A stretch of 64,000 nucleotides of DNA from Vicugna vicugna (GCA_013265495.1 MU058844.1:10002184-10066183); one strand, 5' to 3'. Shown: positions 49,691 to 63,603, numbered from the stretch's first letter. The notes: generated by a model not told the origin, from the letters alone. Numbers and translations are program-made.

Positions 49691-50199
49691 CTCAAATCAT
49701 GGATGGGCCCAAGGGCCAACACAATCCCAAACTTCATGCATTGGATGCCTTGGACAAATTTTGGCACCATCTGCACATTTTTAAAAACTGTTGAGCCAAT
49801 GTCACTATGTCCATCCAGCCTAGCAACAACAATTTCATACTCAAGGTTATTTTCTTTATTTAGAATAGAGAGCTCTGGGAATCTCTTGCCTCATAAATAC
49901 TCAAAATATAAATCAAGATCTCACATACCTTTGCACATACTAAAGCCACAATACAAGGCCACACTCCTTATCCCCCTCAGAGCTCCAAACATTACTGAAA
50001 ATGATCAAGACGCTCATTTCACTTCTCAAAATACACAACGCTGGGCTCTTGCAAAAGGCTCTTAATGAAGCTTTCACCTCCCTTACTGGCCCCAGGCTAC
50101 AAGACTTATATATAGTGCCATAGGACTTACTTAAACAAATTCAAATTCAATGAAATGAAACATGGCCCATTTCAGCCATCAGGCAAATAACAGGGTGAT

Positions 50200-50490
50200 T
50201 TATAATTATGAGTCTGACTCCATTTTTGATGTTGGACTGTTGACAGCTTTCAAGCCTCACCACTCCTGCTTCCCCTTCTGTCCCACATGTGGGCAAACTG
50301 ATAAGAGAGCTCTCCTCAGGCTCCAGCAGAAGTTCAAACCCTGTAAGCCTGCTCCAGGGAGCAGCCCCACCCCGTAATCACAACAAAAGCCAAGCCAGTC
50401 CCCTTTCCTTGCTCTCTCAAGCCATTTTCAGACCTGCCTGGGAGCCTGCTTTGCTCGCTTTGAAAGCATCACTGGGTGAGTAATAAGCCT
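50200..50490 (+). mobile_element. ERVL-type LTR (MER54/MER88-like)
   Basis: gagtctgactccatttttgatgttggactgttgacagctttcaagcc...gggcaaactgataaga...gtaataagccttttc. Confidence 0.55.
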
Positions 50491-50689
50491 TTTCAAACCC
50501 ACAACAGTTTCCATATTCTATCTCAGTCCTCTGCTGGGACTGGAGTCTTACCTAAACCTTCCACCTCAAACGCTAGAAGATAAAACGAAAAAGTCATAGT
50601 TTACGTACATGGTAGAGATAAATAGTTTCAAGATACAAATGTATAAATACAAAAAGGCAAAAGTAGAAGGAGGATTTTTAAAGTAATAT

Positions 50690-52935
50690 TATTTCTGTTT
50701 CCAGCAAAACTGCAGTATCAGGGACCAGATTAAACTTCCCAACTGAAACAACCAAGAACCTGGACAAAATGTATGAAACAATGGTTTTCCAATATTGGAA
50801 GTCAGGCAACACTAGACACTAATCATTGAGAGAAATAGTGTGATGAGCCCTTCAATTGCCCCAGTTTACTCTTTGAGTAGAGAAGGGGATCCCAAGCACA
50901 GTCTGGTCATCTGTCTGAGTTGAGAGACAAGTTGAGAGTCGCGGGAGGCCAAGGCAGCTAGAGTTTGCAAAGCAGAGAACTGAGAAATGGAGAGCTGCAC
51001 AGAGAGAGTTCCAGGGACCTGCAGAAAGTCCCCTTAAGTATTCAGTTGAATATTGGTTAGTGTGTGTATGTAAGTAAAAACTATCTGATGCTGGCAACAA
51101 CAACAACAACAACAGAACACCTAGGGCTAGAAATAGTTCATGTTCCCATAAGACACAGTGAAAAACCTTGTAATTCACAGGATTTCGGGTATTCAAAAGA
51201 GTATTACTTTACTAGTGAAGTAAATTAACCCTAGACTAAAGGCTGCTCTGATTCATTCTAACAAAGCTTAAAAGCAACTTCAAAAAACAAACATAGTATG
51301 TGAAAGACCTACACACTAAGCACTTCAAAACATTCTGGAAAAATTAAAAATTAAAGGGAGACATATGCCATATTCATAGATCAGAAGACTCAATGTTATT
51401 TAGATGTCATTTTCCCCCAAATTGTTCTATAAATTAAATGCAATTCCAAACAAAATCTCAATAGGACTTTTTAAAATAAAATTCAAAGGACAGAGAATCA
51501 TCAAAACAACTTTGCTAAAGAAGAAAAAAGTTGACGGAGTTACCTTCTGATTTCAAGGCCCATTATAAAGTTACAACTAACACAATGTGGTATTAGTAAA
51601 AACATAGACAATGAGCTCAGTAAAATGAAGCAGAGAATCCAAAAACAGACCAGTACATAGATGATCAATTAGTTTTCAACAAATATGCCAAAGCAATTCA
51701 ATAGGGAAATGATAATCTTCTTAACAAATGGTGTTGGAACAACTGGATAGCCACATGGTTCAGGAATATATCTCAACTTTTACCTTACAACATCTACAAA
51801 AATTAAATTGACATGGGTCATAGACCTTAAATTAAAAGCTAAAATCTCCAGCAAAAAACTTAGAAGATCTTCATCACCTTGTTTTCACAAAGAGTTCTTA
51901 AATGTGACACAAAAAATACAAACTATAAAATCATCACATTTTATTTCATCTAATATAAAAGCTTTTACTCTTCAAAAAAATATTAGGAGAAAACATATGA
52001 AAAACATTTTCCTGAAAAAGGACTTTGATCGAGCATGAGTATATAAACATATATGTATAAATATATATATACCTTATAACTCCGTAAGACAAACAACCCA
52101 ATAAAAAATAGACTAAACAACTGAACAGACACTTCACCAAGGAAGACTTAGAGACAGCACATAAGCACATCAAAAGATGCTCCACATCATTAGACATTAG
52201 GGAAAGGTAAATTAACATTAAAATGACTGATCATATCAATGTTGGTGATGATGCAGAACAACTGGAATTCTCATACACCGCAACTAGAAATGTAAAATGG
52301 TACAATTACTTTGGAAATCGGACTGACAACTTCTTAAAAATGTAAATGTACAGCCACTGTTTGACCCAAGAATTCCCTCCCCAGGTTTTACCAAAGAGAT
52401 ACGAAAGCATCTATCCACAAAGAAACTTACACCTGAATATCTACGGAACTTACACTTAACTTATAATAGCCAGAAACTAAGAACAACTCAAATGTCTACC
52501 AGTAGGTGGCTGGATCAGCAAATTGAAGTATGTCCATACTACTTAGCAATAAAAGAAAAAATAATTGATACATGCAAGAGCATGGATAGATGTAAGAAAA
52601 ATTATGCTGAATGAAAGAAGTCAGACAAAAAATAAAACATACTGTGATATTCCATTTTTATAAAATTCTAGAAAATACAAACTAATCAATCTATAATGTC
52701 AGAAAGCAGATCAGCTGTTGCCTAGGGACAGGGAAAGGATTTCTGAAGAGAGTAAGAGAGAGAGAGAGATTATAAAGGATACAAGAAAAAATTTGGAGAT
52801 TATTGAAATACTCATTAGTCTTGTTTGTCGTGATGGCTTGATAGGTTTACACAAATGTTAAAATCTACCAAATTGTATACTTTAAATATATGTAGTTTAA
52901 TAAATGTCAATTATATCTCTATAAAACTATTTTTT
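50690..52935 (+). mobile_element. Old L1 (L1MC/L1MD-type): 5' region joined to distal ORF2 and 3'UTR
   Basis: ORF2-like gatcagaagactcaatgtt, ttaacaaatggtgttggaacaactggatag; 3'UTR ttctagaaaatacaaactaat...cagaaagcagatcagctgttgcctaggg...aatgtcaattatatctctataaaact. Confidence 0.75.
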
Positions 52936-55369
52936 AAAATGATACCAGAGTTTGACAGAAGGTATTTATATATATATGTGAAATGGGGCTTCAGCAAATG
53001 CAGCAAACTCTGAAATTTTCTGCAACTAAGACTCTGAATATTTCTATTAGAAGATGAACACTAGCTGCTCAACTTTGGGCAAAAATTACAGCAGAGTAGA
53101 AAACTGAGATTGCTACTCCTTTTCAAGCCAACCATGGCTAAAATGTTTCTTTCTTCTCTAACAAAGAGTGGTTACTGAGCGTAGATATTATAATTAGTCA
53201 CTTACAAGCCAATATTTACTGCTTTAAAACCTATCTTTAAATCACTGTTAGCTTTATTTTGTGCCTTCAGAATCAACCTCAATTATTCCAAAGTCTTATT
53301 TTAAAGAACTTCATTGAGCCATTGTTAAAATAGATATCTCTGTCTACATAGCCGAAGAGAAACTTCAGTCTTCATCTTGGCATAGACAAGAGCTAGTTGA
53401 ATGGACAAGCCAGGATAACAGTCACCCTGGTGTGGGTTCCATTGCTATTCCCCAGACAAGGACCACGTCTGAAGTGGAGTTGTCAAGCCATCCAGTCTGA
53501 CAGGTTACAAAAGAAGAGCTCAATATGAAAAAAAATGTAGAGGCAGAACCTGAGGATGCGTGAAAAGGATTTGCTTTCCTAGGTGAAAGGATGAAAGTTC
53601 CCATGCATAAAAATGTGAATCATGCTTATTCCTTTCAGCTCAGTAATCTTTCTAAAGAGTCTTAATCTGAGAGGCTCTTCTAATAGACTAAAACAATGCT
53701 CAAGGTAACTTCATTAAGTCCTCTTGGACCAACACTGATTCACCCTTTGAAATAGGACTTAGCACATTTTTCTGAGTAAGAAGCCTTTGTTTTATATAAT
53801 ATAATTTTATTAGTCATTTTAATATGCCAATACTGTTTCCAATTTGTGCTTATCTGAGAACTAAGGATGAGAAATTTGTATCTAGCACTTTGATGATAGG
53901 TATTTTTTGAAAGCCTTAATTTTTATAAATAGATATTACGTTAAGCACTGCGTCACTGAATTCTGCCACATAGATCTATATGGGTGACTCAGATACTTCC
54001 TTGGTTTTATTTCCATTGAGACTGCATTTGGAGAATAGAAAGTGGACTTAACAACTTTGTGGAAGACAGTACTGTTGCTCTTTCATGTGTTCTATGCATT
54101 TAGAGTCAAATTTGTATTTTTAATAAGGGGCCCTTCTGCATTGTTTGCCTCAACAGGCTGGCAAATCCAGTAAGGTTTTCTTTATTTTGAAACTTTCCAG
54201 GCATTCTACTTGCTTTTTTTTTTTTTCACCATGTCTTAATTGTATACATTCATTTTCAATTTTATGCATTATTTGAGGATAAACTAAATGTCCAGCACCA
54301 TGGTAAGTAATGATAAGTGGGCAACCATGGATTAAAAAGATTAATTAATCTATACCCTCAAGGAATATTCTAATCTAGTGGATATATGTATACAAATAAA
54401 ATCATATGTCATGAAGTGCCTTTCCTTCTGCCCACTGTAGTCAATGGGGAGAAGAAAAGAAACACGGAAATTTGGAAAAGGTAATTAGACATGGTGTTTT
54501 CTAAGATTAAGCTAATAGAGTTAGGAGATAACATAAAAGAGAGCATATGAATCTTATAAGGCAGTTATTGATAAAAGATTAACCTAAATAATGTAAGATG
54601 ACTGCTTTTTAAAAAATACTTAGGGAAAGCAGAAAAAATAAGACAGGGGAAAGAAAACAAGCCAATGTAGGAGGCAAGTCAATGCCCTTCCCCCGACCTC
54701 CTGATCTACAGGAATTGCTGCACTCACCTCTCCAAAGCCAGCCTTGGGAAGAACAATGACTCACATTGCCAAATTTTCAACCATATGATTTGACAGATAA
54801 AAGATATGGTAATGGCCTCGCTAACTACAGGGAAAAGGGCTGTAACTTGGAACAGAAGGGAAGGCAAAGACTTGGAGCAGGACAAGAGAAGGAATAAAAA
54901 GGACAAAAACCCAGTGTAATGGAGAAGGGCAATGGTAGAGGAAGAAGTAGATGAGTTGAAGAAAGAAGATGGATTCTTATTCGGTACATGGAGATGAGTT
55001 AGATTACAGGGTGAAGCACATAATTTTTCACAAACATGCCCAATATGTACATTCCAGATTTTTATTACTGGAAGCACTGAGCAATGAACTGTTTGAACAT
55101 TCTTCAGCATTCTGGGTGTATGCTTAGCTGGCAAAGGAGTCAGTAGATGCTGCCTCCACCAGCACCACAGATCTAGGTACACTGGCACCTGCAGGAGTAA
55201 TCAAGTACCAAAAGAAATCACTCAGGGAAATACTGCAATAAGAGAATCTGGAAAACTGTCTGACCATTGTTTAGCGTATCCAGAGTAAAGCTACCAATTG
55301 CTCCTCTGGAGTCAAAGGAAATGGGTTATGGTTGGCAGTAACTACAAGGAAATACTTATTAAATGATAT

Positions 55370-55600
55370 TAGAGAAGTATAATATACTTTGGAGGCTCAA
55401 AGAGGATGCTATCACTTCCTATTATGATGATGAGGGAGAGCTTCATGGAGAATATGACATTTGAAGAGGATAAGACTGATAGATTGAACTAGGAAAAAAG
55501 GCATTCCTAGTCAAGGAAACATCAAAAACAAAGGAACAAAAACAGAAAATTATACAAATATGGCTATAACACAATGTATATGAAGGAAGTCTTAGGAGAC
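55370..55600 (-). mobile_element. L2 fragment
   Basis: gagggagagcttcatggagaatatgacatttgaagagg...aaggcattcctagtcaaggaaacatcaaaaacaaagg. Confidence 0.6.
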
Positions 55601-57830
55601 AAGGCTGCAAAGAGAGATTGGATTAAAAAATATCTTGAACTAAATAAAAATAAAAATGAATGAAATATATCAAAGTTTATAAGATGCAACCAAAGCATAT
55701 CTTACAGAAAAACACACCATAAGAAGCCTATCTTGGAAAAGAAGAAAAGTCTAATATTTACTTTAAGAGACTGGAAGAGCAAACTAAATCCAAAGCAAGC
55801 AGAATAAAGGAAATAATAAAGATAAGACCAGAAAGCAATAAACTTGAAAAAAGAACAATAGAAGACATTTATAGAACCAAAGATCAATGAAATTGATAAA
55901 CCACTAGCCAAACTGACTAAGAATAAAAGAAACACAAACTATTAATAAAAATAATGAAAGAGGGGTTGTCAGTACGTTCCCTGCTGACCATGAAAGGATA
56001 GTAAAGGAATACTCTGAACAAGTTTATGTGTTAAAACTGGACAACTTAGATAAAAGGGGCCAATTTCTTGAAATAGGAAATCTACTAAAACCCACTCAAA
56101 AGGAAATAGCTAAACTGAAGACTCAAATATCTATTAAAGAAATCGAATTAAAAAATATTCCAACAAAGCAAATTCCAAGCCCAAATGGTTTCACTGGCAA
56201 ATTCCACAAAACTTTTGAGAAATAAGTAATATTAAATCTATACAATCTCTTCTAGAAAGTAAAAATAGAGATAACGCTATCAAACTAATTTTAGTGGACC
56301 AGCATTACTCTGATACCAAAGTATAAAAAATAAAACTACAGAACTATATACCTCATTAATGTAGATACAGAGATCTTCAAGAAATAGTATGAAACTGAAT
56401 CCAGCAATATATCAAAAAGATAATACAGCGTGACTGAGTAGGGTTTCTACTGGAAATGCAATGCTGGATCAACATTCAAAAATCAATGTCATGCATCTTT
56501 TTAACACACTAAAGAAGAAAGACCAGGTCATATCGATAAATGCAGAAAAGGCTTCAACAAAATTAAAATTTTATTCATGATTTAAAAAAAAACTTTAAAA
56601 AGTAGAAATAGAAGAAAACTTCCTTAATCTGATAAAGGAATCTAAGAAATACCAAAAAGCAATGTAATACTTAATGGTGAAAAACTTATTGTGTTCCCAT
56701 TGAGATAAGGAACAAGGCAAAGATGTCTGCTCTTGCAATTCCTTTTCAATATTCCTGGAGATTATAGCTATAGCAATAAAGCAAGAGAATAAAAACCAAA
56801 AGATACTCATTTAGTTTGGAAAGGAAGAGGTAAAACCATCTCTATTAGCAGATGACATGATTTTCTATGTAGAAAATCCCAAGATATGGTCAAAGAAAGC
56901 TCCTGAAACTAATAAGTGAGTTTAGTAGTGTCACAGGATAAAATATCATTATAAAAAATTCACCCCTGTTTCTGTATACTATGAATGTGTAAATAAAAAC
57001 TGAAATTTTAAAAAGTACTATTTATAACAACTCCAAAAAGGGTTAAATACTGAAGTGTAAATATAACAAATACATTCATGATATATACACTGAAAACTTG
57101 AAAACATGGGTGAAAGAAACTGAAGAAGACCTTTAAAAATGAAGAGATATACAGAAGACAGAATATTGTAAAGATGTCAATTGTCCCCTATGATCTGTAG
57201 ATTTAATGAAATCCCAATCAAAAACCCAGAAGCAGCATGATTCTTCTTCTCAGAAGATATAACAAGCTGATTCTAAAAGCTTTTGGAAAAGTAAAAGAAC
57301 TAGAATAACCAAAACAATTAAAAGCCAAAGGAAGATCAAAGTTGGTGGATTCACAGTACCACATTTTTCAGACTTACTATAAAGCTAATGATCAAAACAG
57401 GGTGATATTAGGGAAAGGACAAAGATTTGTGAAACAGAATGGACGCTAAAAGAAAACAAACACAAATATGGCCACCTGGTATTTGGCAATGTGCAAAAGC
57501 AATTTAGTGGAGTGGGGAGAGTACAGCTCAAGTGGTAGAGTGCTTGCTTAGCATCCGTAAGGTCCTGGGTTCAATCCTCAGTACCTTCTCTAAATAAATG
57601 AATATGTAAACCTAATTACCTCCCCCCACAAAAAGTAAGTAAATAAATAAATAATTTTTTAAAGAAGCAATTCAATGGAGAATGGATTTATTTTCAACAA
57701 ATGGTGCAAGAACAACTGAACATCCATATGCAAAAAAAGAAAAAAAGACCTTAACTTGGATTTCTCACTTTATAAAGAAAATGCCTCAGAATGTAAACTA
57801 TAAAACTATAAAAGTGTGAAAGAAAACAAA
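55601..57830 (+). mobile_element. Old L1 ORF2 fragment (degenerate), split by a SINE
   Basis: ccaaatggtttcactggcaaattccac, cattactctgataccaaa, gggtttctactggaaatgcaatgctggatcaacattcaaaaatcaat, agcagatgacatgattttctatgtagaaaatccc; many stops. Confidence 0.88.
57514..57664 (+). mobile_element. Camelid tRNA-Ala-derived SINE (vic-1 type), long form, inserted in L1
   Basis: GGGGAGAGTACAGCTCAAGTGGTAGAG...GGGTTCAATCC...aaacctaattacctcccccc; 16-bp TSD aagcaatt(ta/ca)(g/a)tggag at 57497-57512 and 57665-57680. Confidence 0.92.
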
Positions 57831-57869
57831 GGAGGGAAGGAGAGAGAAGGAAGATGATGACAGAGCCCT

Positions 57870-58170
57870 AATTAACATCTGAACATCTGCTACAGATACA
57901 TATACGTTTTCCTAACTGCTTAAAGATGGTTCTGTTTACCAAACTAGAGAGAGACTTCTCACCAACTCTTTCCCTGTCCACTGGAAGAAGAGAGGATAAC
58001 TTCCAAGATAAGGCACTTAGCATAGAGGTTCATGATAAAGATACCCTATGGAGAACACTCAGAAAAATCTATTAAATAACCTCCAAGTCGGCCAGGAGTC
58101 ACTGCCAAAATAGTTATTTATTACCTCCCAAGACTAACTCATATTTTTCCAGGAGAAACTTACTATAGCC
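57870..58170 (+). mobile_element. Probable LTR fragment (MER34/MER39-like)
   Basis: ccaagataaggcacttagc...aaataacctcc...gccaaaatagttatttattacctcccaagact; weak recall match. Confidence 0.35.
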
Positions 58171-59049
58171 TTTGCTCCATTCTTTTAATTTCATACTTTT
58201 ATAACTTTGACTCTTGTTGATGACATGGTGCAAACTCATCAACAAACTCATCAGGAATATTAAATGCCATCATTTATCATTTCCATACCTTAATTCCCCA
58301 GTATAGTTCCTCTGACACCCCTCTCAAAAAAGAAAGAAAAAAAAATTAGCACAATTTAATTAATGAAACATGACATACCCTGGTTAACTTAGATTGGGAT
58401 GAATTGTCTTCAAGGATGCGTACTTGATTAGGTAAGTCAATGTTTACTTCTTACAAGTTTTTTTTTTTTTTAATTCTCAGTCAAAGCCTGTTGCTAAGTC
58501 AACAAATGAAAAAACTGCTCTAGAATGAGTTGGAAGAGCTTTCTCCTTATTAGGGTTGAAGAGTTTGTAAAGTATGATGAGAGGCAATTCTTGTGTGACT
58601 GGGAGATACTTTCAATTGCTCAGACTTTTTACACTTATTTTGTGTTTTGTTTTAGTTTTTTTCACTAGGTGGTGACGTGCTAAGCAAAATTAACTCTGAG
58701 GTTTCCTGCTGTTGATTTTCTGAGGACACAGAAAGCAACATTCATCAGATAAGGCATTATGGGGTGGAAGTGTAAAGTTGCACTTCTCCGTTATTTTACG
58801 CTTAACTAGAAACAAGTAAAATGTTCAAAGGTAGAAGATAAGATGATTAAAAAAATTGGATAAATTGGATAAATGTGTTCCTAGAAGAAAAAAAATTAAT
58901 TATATAATTAGTAAGAGAAATTTTTAATTAAGAATTAAACATAAGGTAATATTATTCCCAATACATCTATCTTTGCTGTTTTCACTGAGGCTTTCAATAT
59001 TTCTTATCTTGTTTGATGAAATAAACTGTTAATTAATTGCCATATTCGA

Positions 59050-59870
59050 GTCTTCTATAAAGAGATCTTCCAAAACTCAAATCTGATTTTACCACTCTTG
59101 ATTTTTTAAAAAGACTTCCAAAGACTCATTTGAAAACTCAAAACCAAAATTTACCTGTTCCTCAGCCACTTCACAATCCAGCAGCAGCCCTCTCTTTGGA
59201 AAGCCTCCACCTCCCCACCACTGCCCACACTCACACCCTCCCCTCTACCAAGGCTAACCTATCACCTCTCACTGGAAAAGTTATACCCTTTCCAACTCCA
59301 TGACTGTCACAGGAAAAAGACCAGGGTGAGAGAGCAAGGCACTCACTTCAGGCACAAAATTTAAAGTGACAGCAAAAAAACTCAAGAATCAAAACAAATA
59401 TTTTAATGCANNNNNNNNNNNNNNNNNNNNNNNNNNNNNNNNNNNNNNNNNNNNNNNNNNNNNNNNNNNNNNNNNNNNNNNNNNNNNNNNNNNNNNNNNN
59501 NNNNNNNNNNNNNNNNNNNNNNNNNNNNNNNNNNNNNNNAATGCATAATAAACAAAATACCAAAATTTTAAATAAAGACAGTATCAGTTATCCCTACCTG
59601 AATTTCTTTCTGCTTAGGAAAGTCTTACTTCTATTTAAAAACTAACTTAAATGTTATCTTTCTGTGGGTATTATTTTCCCACCTTCCCAGGGGGTGGTAC
59701 CTTTCTCTGCCTGTAACTCTACTGCCATTTAATTCTCCAGCTGGTGGTGTGCTCGTCACTCCACTTACACAGCATTTCCAGTAAACCGTAAGAACTTTTA
59801 AGCCGTCTCTTTATCCCAGAGATTTATACATATTAGGAGTTCCATAAATATTTGCTATATGAATAAATAA
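59050..59870 (+). mobile_element. L2 fragment spanning a gap
   Basis: ccaaaactcaaatctgattttaccactcttg... and 3' end tttatcccagagatttatacatattaggagttccataaatatttgctatatgaataaataa. Confidence 0.6.
59411..59540. other. Assembly gap (130 N)
   Basis: run of N. Confidence 1.
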
Positions 59871-59884
59871 GTTACAGTAAATAG

Positions 59885-60040
59885 AGAGTGAAACACAAAA
59901 TTTGGAGTCAGAAACAAATTTCAGTTCTACCACCACAACTCATCTCTTTATCAATTTTATGGTGCTGGGTATTACTCTGTGTGTCCCTTTCCCTATCTTC
60001 GAATGGGAATAACTTTATTTCCATAGGACTTTTATAAGCT
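59885..60040 (+). mobile_element. MIR SINE
   Basis: tttggagtcagaaacaaatttcagttctaccacc...ttccctatcttcgaatgggaataactttatttccataggacttt. Confidence 0.55.
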
Positions 60041-60816
60041 AGATACTTACTGAATTTTTTGAAAGAGAGATCAAATAAAGAGAGTATTTATTCATTGGTT
60101 TGAAGTGAAGAAGGTGAAGAGAGAGAAAGGGAAGATGGCTTAACAGCAAAAAAGAACATGTTTGAAAAGAGGCAGGAAAAGCATCAAATAGAGTGTTGGG
60201 GAACTGCACGTGGTTCAGCGTGGCCTCATGTAAACAGTGACTGAACATCAGAGGATGAGACAGGAAACAAAGCCGGCAGGAACGAGCCCCTGGCTGAGGC
60301 TCGAGTCTGATATTCCATCCGGGAATATACGGCGCACTGAGGTAACCTTCAATTAACAAGAATGAACTTCTGCCAAAATTAGAAATGGAATTGTAAGCTA
60401 AGCTTGGCTATGGAGAAAAAAATTAAATTAAATCATCATACATTTAAGTTTGTGTCTATTTCAAATGCACCACAGAATAAGATTTTAAGAGGACTGTGTA
60501 ATAGGGATAAAAACAAAGAAATCAATCCCTGAGATGCTGGGGGAGTAGAATATATAAGATTTGGCAACAGACTGCAAGGCAAGGGGGCAAGGAGGTTATT
60601 GAGAGCGAGGTATTTAGGTTGGAAGTATGTCACGAGAAAGGAAAATGCATAAATAGAAACGCCAGCATTTAAAATGTTCCTAATATAAAATAGGCACCAA
60701 ATTTTCTGGTTTGGGTGCTAGTCTCTTTCCTCAAAACGCTAGCTCTATAACTTTGTTGAAACAGTGCTTGCATTTCAAATGTTGTCTTTCTTGTCTTCCA
60801 GCACATAATAAGTAAA

Positions 60817-60882
60817 TGGGAAGAAAGGAAGGAAGGAAGGAAAGAGGGAGGAAGGGAGAGAGAGAAAAGGAAGGGAAGGATG
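60817..60882. repeat. Purine-rich (GGAA)n-type low-complexity repeat
   Basis: gggaagaaaggaaggaaggaaggaaagagggaggaagggagagagagaaaaggaagggaagg. Confidence 0.85.
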
Positions 60883-62409
60883 GAGCAGGGAAAAAGTCAC
60901 TATACTACACGGTATACACTATATTCAGTATCTCAGAGAAGACAACCCTGATAAAATCATTTTCCAAGCAAAAAGGCAAACGTATGAAATATATTTAAAA
61001 AATAGGACATCACAAATCTAGCAAAGCTTGCTTTTGGAAAGAAAGCACATTAGCACCACCCGTCTCTCAATTCCTGCACTGACTTCATGATAGGAAAGTG
61101 CATCAGTCGGTCCTGACCCAACATAGATGCATAATCAGAAGCTGAAGAAGGTTGAGTGAAGGGGTATCTACAAAGGTGTGGACGGATTAAGGGAAACCAA
61201 CAAGTGTTGATGAAACACCCCAGGACTAACAACACTGAGAAACTAACATCAGCTCTAGACCTAAAGGGGTAGGAGGGAGCACTTACTAGAACTCAGGGGA
61301 GGCTGCACCTGTCGTGCTGGGAAAGGGTACAGGAGCCGTGACTCTGAGGAGTGTAGCCATTGCCAATTGTCAAGCCTGCAGGACAGAAACCAAACCCTCT
61401 CACTTCCTTATCTCTACCCTCCTGCTGGTGGTTCACTGACTCAACTCCAGTGGAAGCCAGAAGGCAACAGAGGCCAACCTTAAACACAGTGCAGGGGAGA
61501 AGAATGGAGATTATTGGAGTGGGGGCAGATGGAGAATATTCAGCTAATAGCAGAAACCCTTTTTGTTCAGCTCTGTACACAGGTCCCACCACCACTACCC
61601 CACCACCTCTACTCAGCATCAGAGACAATGCCTTGCACATAGTTGCCTTCGATGAAGACTTAATGAGTAAAAAGTATACGATGACATGTCCATTCTTAGC
61701 AAGGAATTAAATAAGCAGTGAGGAAAAAAATCAGAAGAGGGGAGAGAAGCAAAGCACATCTAAGCTCAGTCTCTGTCGGTCCCCTGTCTTATTTACAAAT
61801 CTCTAAAAAGTGCTGGGAGAGGGAAAGGGAGAGACTAAATGCAAGTGAGAAAAGGGGTATTTTCACGTTTTTTTAAGGACTCACTCAGGATAGGCTCTCT
61901 TTCTCCAGTCTCTCATATCGGGAGAAAAACTGAGGTGAGATGATTTTCTAAATGTGTTCATTTTGACATCACCTCCACATTTTGTTTTATTCTCCCCTAC
62001 CCTTGGAATACCCTCTCCAGTCCTCTGCATTAATCGTCACTGAATAGCCTCTTCAGGCCGAGAAACTTTTCCCTTACTTTGTTCCTCTTCTACATTAGTG
62101 CCCTAGTGTGCTTATTTGCTTTTTGCTTTATAATAGTCCTCTCGCTTTTTAGGGGTGTACACTCTGAAATCACTCTGAAAAAGAGAAAATCAATCTAACA
62201 TAAGTTCAAAACACACTACATGAGAAATGTTTTGTAAGTGCCACCTTTTTCTTTTCCACAATTATCCAGCAATACAGATAACATTAATCCTCGCTCGTAG
62301 ATGAAGAAACTGAGGACAGTCAGTTTTCTCAAATCTACGCAGTAAAGTCAAGATTTCATGTACCTTATTCTTGGAAAAATTTCACGTACCCCAGCACTCA
62401 TCACTCGTG

Positions 62410-62860
62410 GGAGATTAAGAGCTACAATTCTTCATACCCCACCCCCAACGTATCCATAGCCTTTGCCATGTAACTTCACAGATCCTTTCACTGAAGAGGA
62501 GGAATACACCCCACCCCTTCACCTTGGGCTCAGCCCTTCAACACCAGCAGTGGAATATCAGCAACACAACACAACCACACGCTTGGAAAGAGCTTGCACA
62601 ATTGGGCTTGCTCGTTTGCTCCTCTGTCGTTGCCACAAGAACATACCCAAGGTGGTCCATTGGTGCCAGGAGAAAAAGGGGAGACGGGGAGCAAAGCCAA
62701 ATCAAAGTCAAGCCCAGCTTAGCTCAGCTGAGCTCCGGATCTGTGAGCAGAGCCCAAACAGAGCCACCTACCAAGGCCAGCTGAGAACAGCCAATCCTCG
62801 GCTAACTGTAGATCTGCAGAACAAATGATGACTGTTTTAAAAAACAGCAACAACAACAAG
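62410..62860 (+). mobile_element. MaLR LTR, MLT1I/J-like
   Basis: ccatagcctttgccatgtaacttcacag...gcttggaaagagcttgcacaattgggcttgctc...ccacaagaacatacccaagg. Confidence 0.7.
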
Positions 62861-63603
62861 AACCCTGATTTCACAATGCCTGCTCTCCACTATGCCAAAT
62901 CATTCTTAGGCCCAACACTAACATGATCCTATGATCTCAGAGACAGTGACCACTTTGAACCTCAACTCTCCGTTGTAAAAGGAGGAACTAAATTTCTCTT
63001 ATAAGGATCTCTAAAGTCCCTAAGTTATAATATTCTATGGTTTTATTTTAATTCTATTTATAGGGGATTTTATTATTTCTTTTCTTTTCTTTCTTTCTTT
63101 TTTTTTTTTTTTCTGGTTTTCTCTTCCTTATTCTTCCCCCCAAATGATAATGCAATGCTATACAACAGTCATTTGTTCATTAGCTTATTCATTCATTTGA
63201 CAGACTTACTATATGTCAAGCATAACACAAAGCTCTGTCAACAGAAACTTATAATTAGGTAAATAAATGTTAATTAGGACAAATACTTAAATAAAAGTAC
63301 CTCTCAAATTTTTTTCCATATCAAAGTTATTACTTTTACTCATAGGTAGACAATTATGTTGTATCCAGGCTCTAACTTCTTGGAGAGACTATCTTTACTC
63401 TAAAAGTAAAGAGGAGTCAGTGAGCAAGTAATCGTCTTCCAAATGATTATCAATTTTCCTCCTTGAAAGAGCTGTGCCAGGCCACCAGCCACCTGCTTGG
63501 CAGCTAGCTTTCTGTCCAATTCTCAAGAAACTCCACAGCCTTTCTCTGTGTTAAAGTGGAGCCTAGAGATGAATGAGTCATAGGAACATGCCTTATGATG
63601 AGG

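Noticed and set aside
62463-62828. 121-aa ORF and other 100-154 aa ORFs (54724-55188, 61360-61710, 33762-34127, 45153-45512, 49703-50065)
   Set aside because: They lie in LTR or L2 repeats or in non-coding DNA, have no recognisable domain or exon structure, and are of a length expected by chance in 64 kb.
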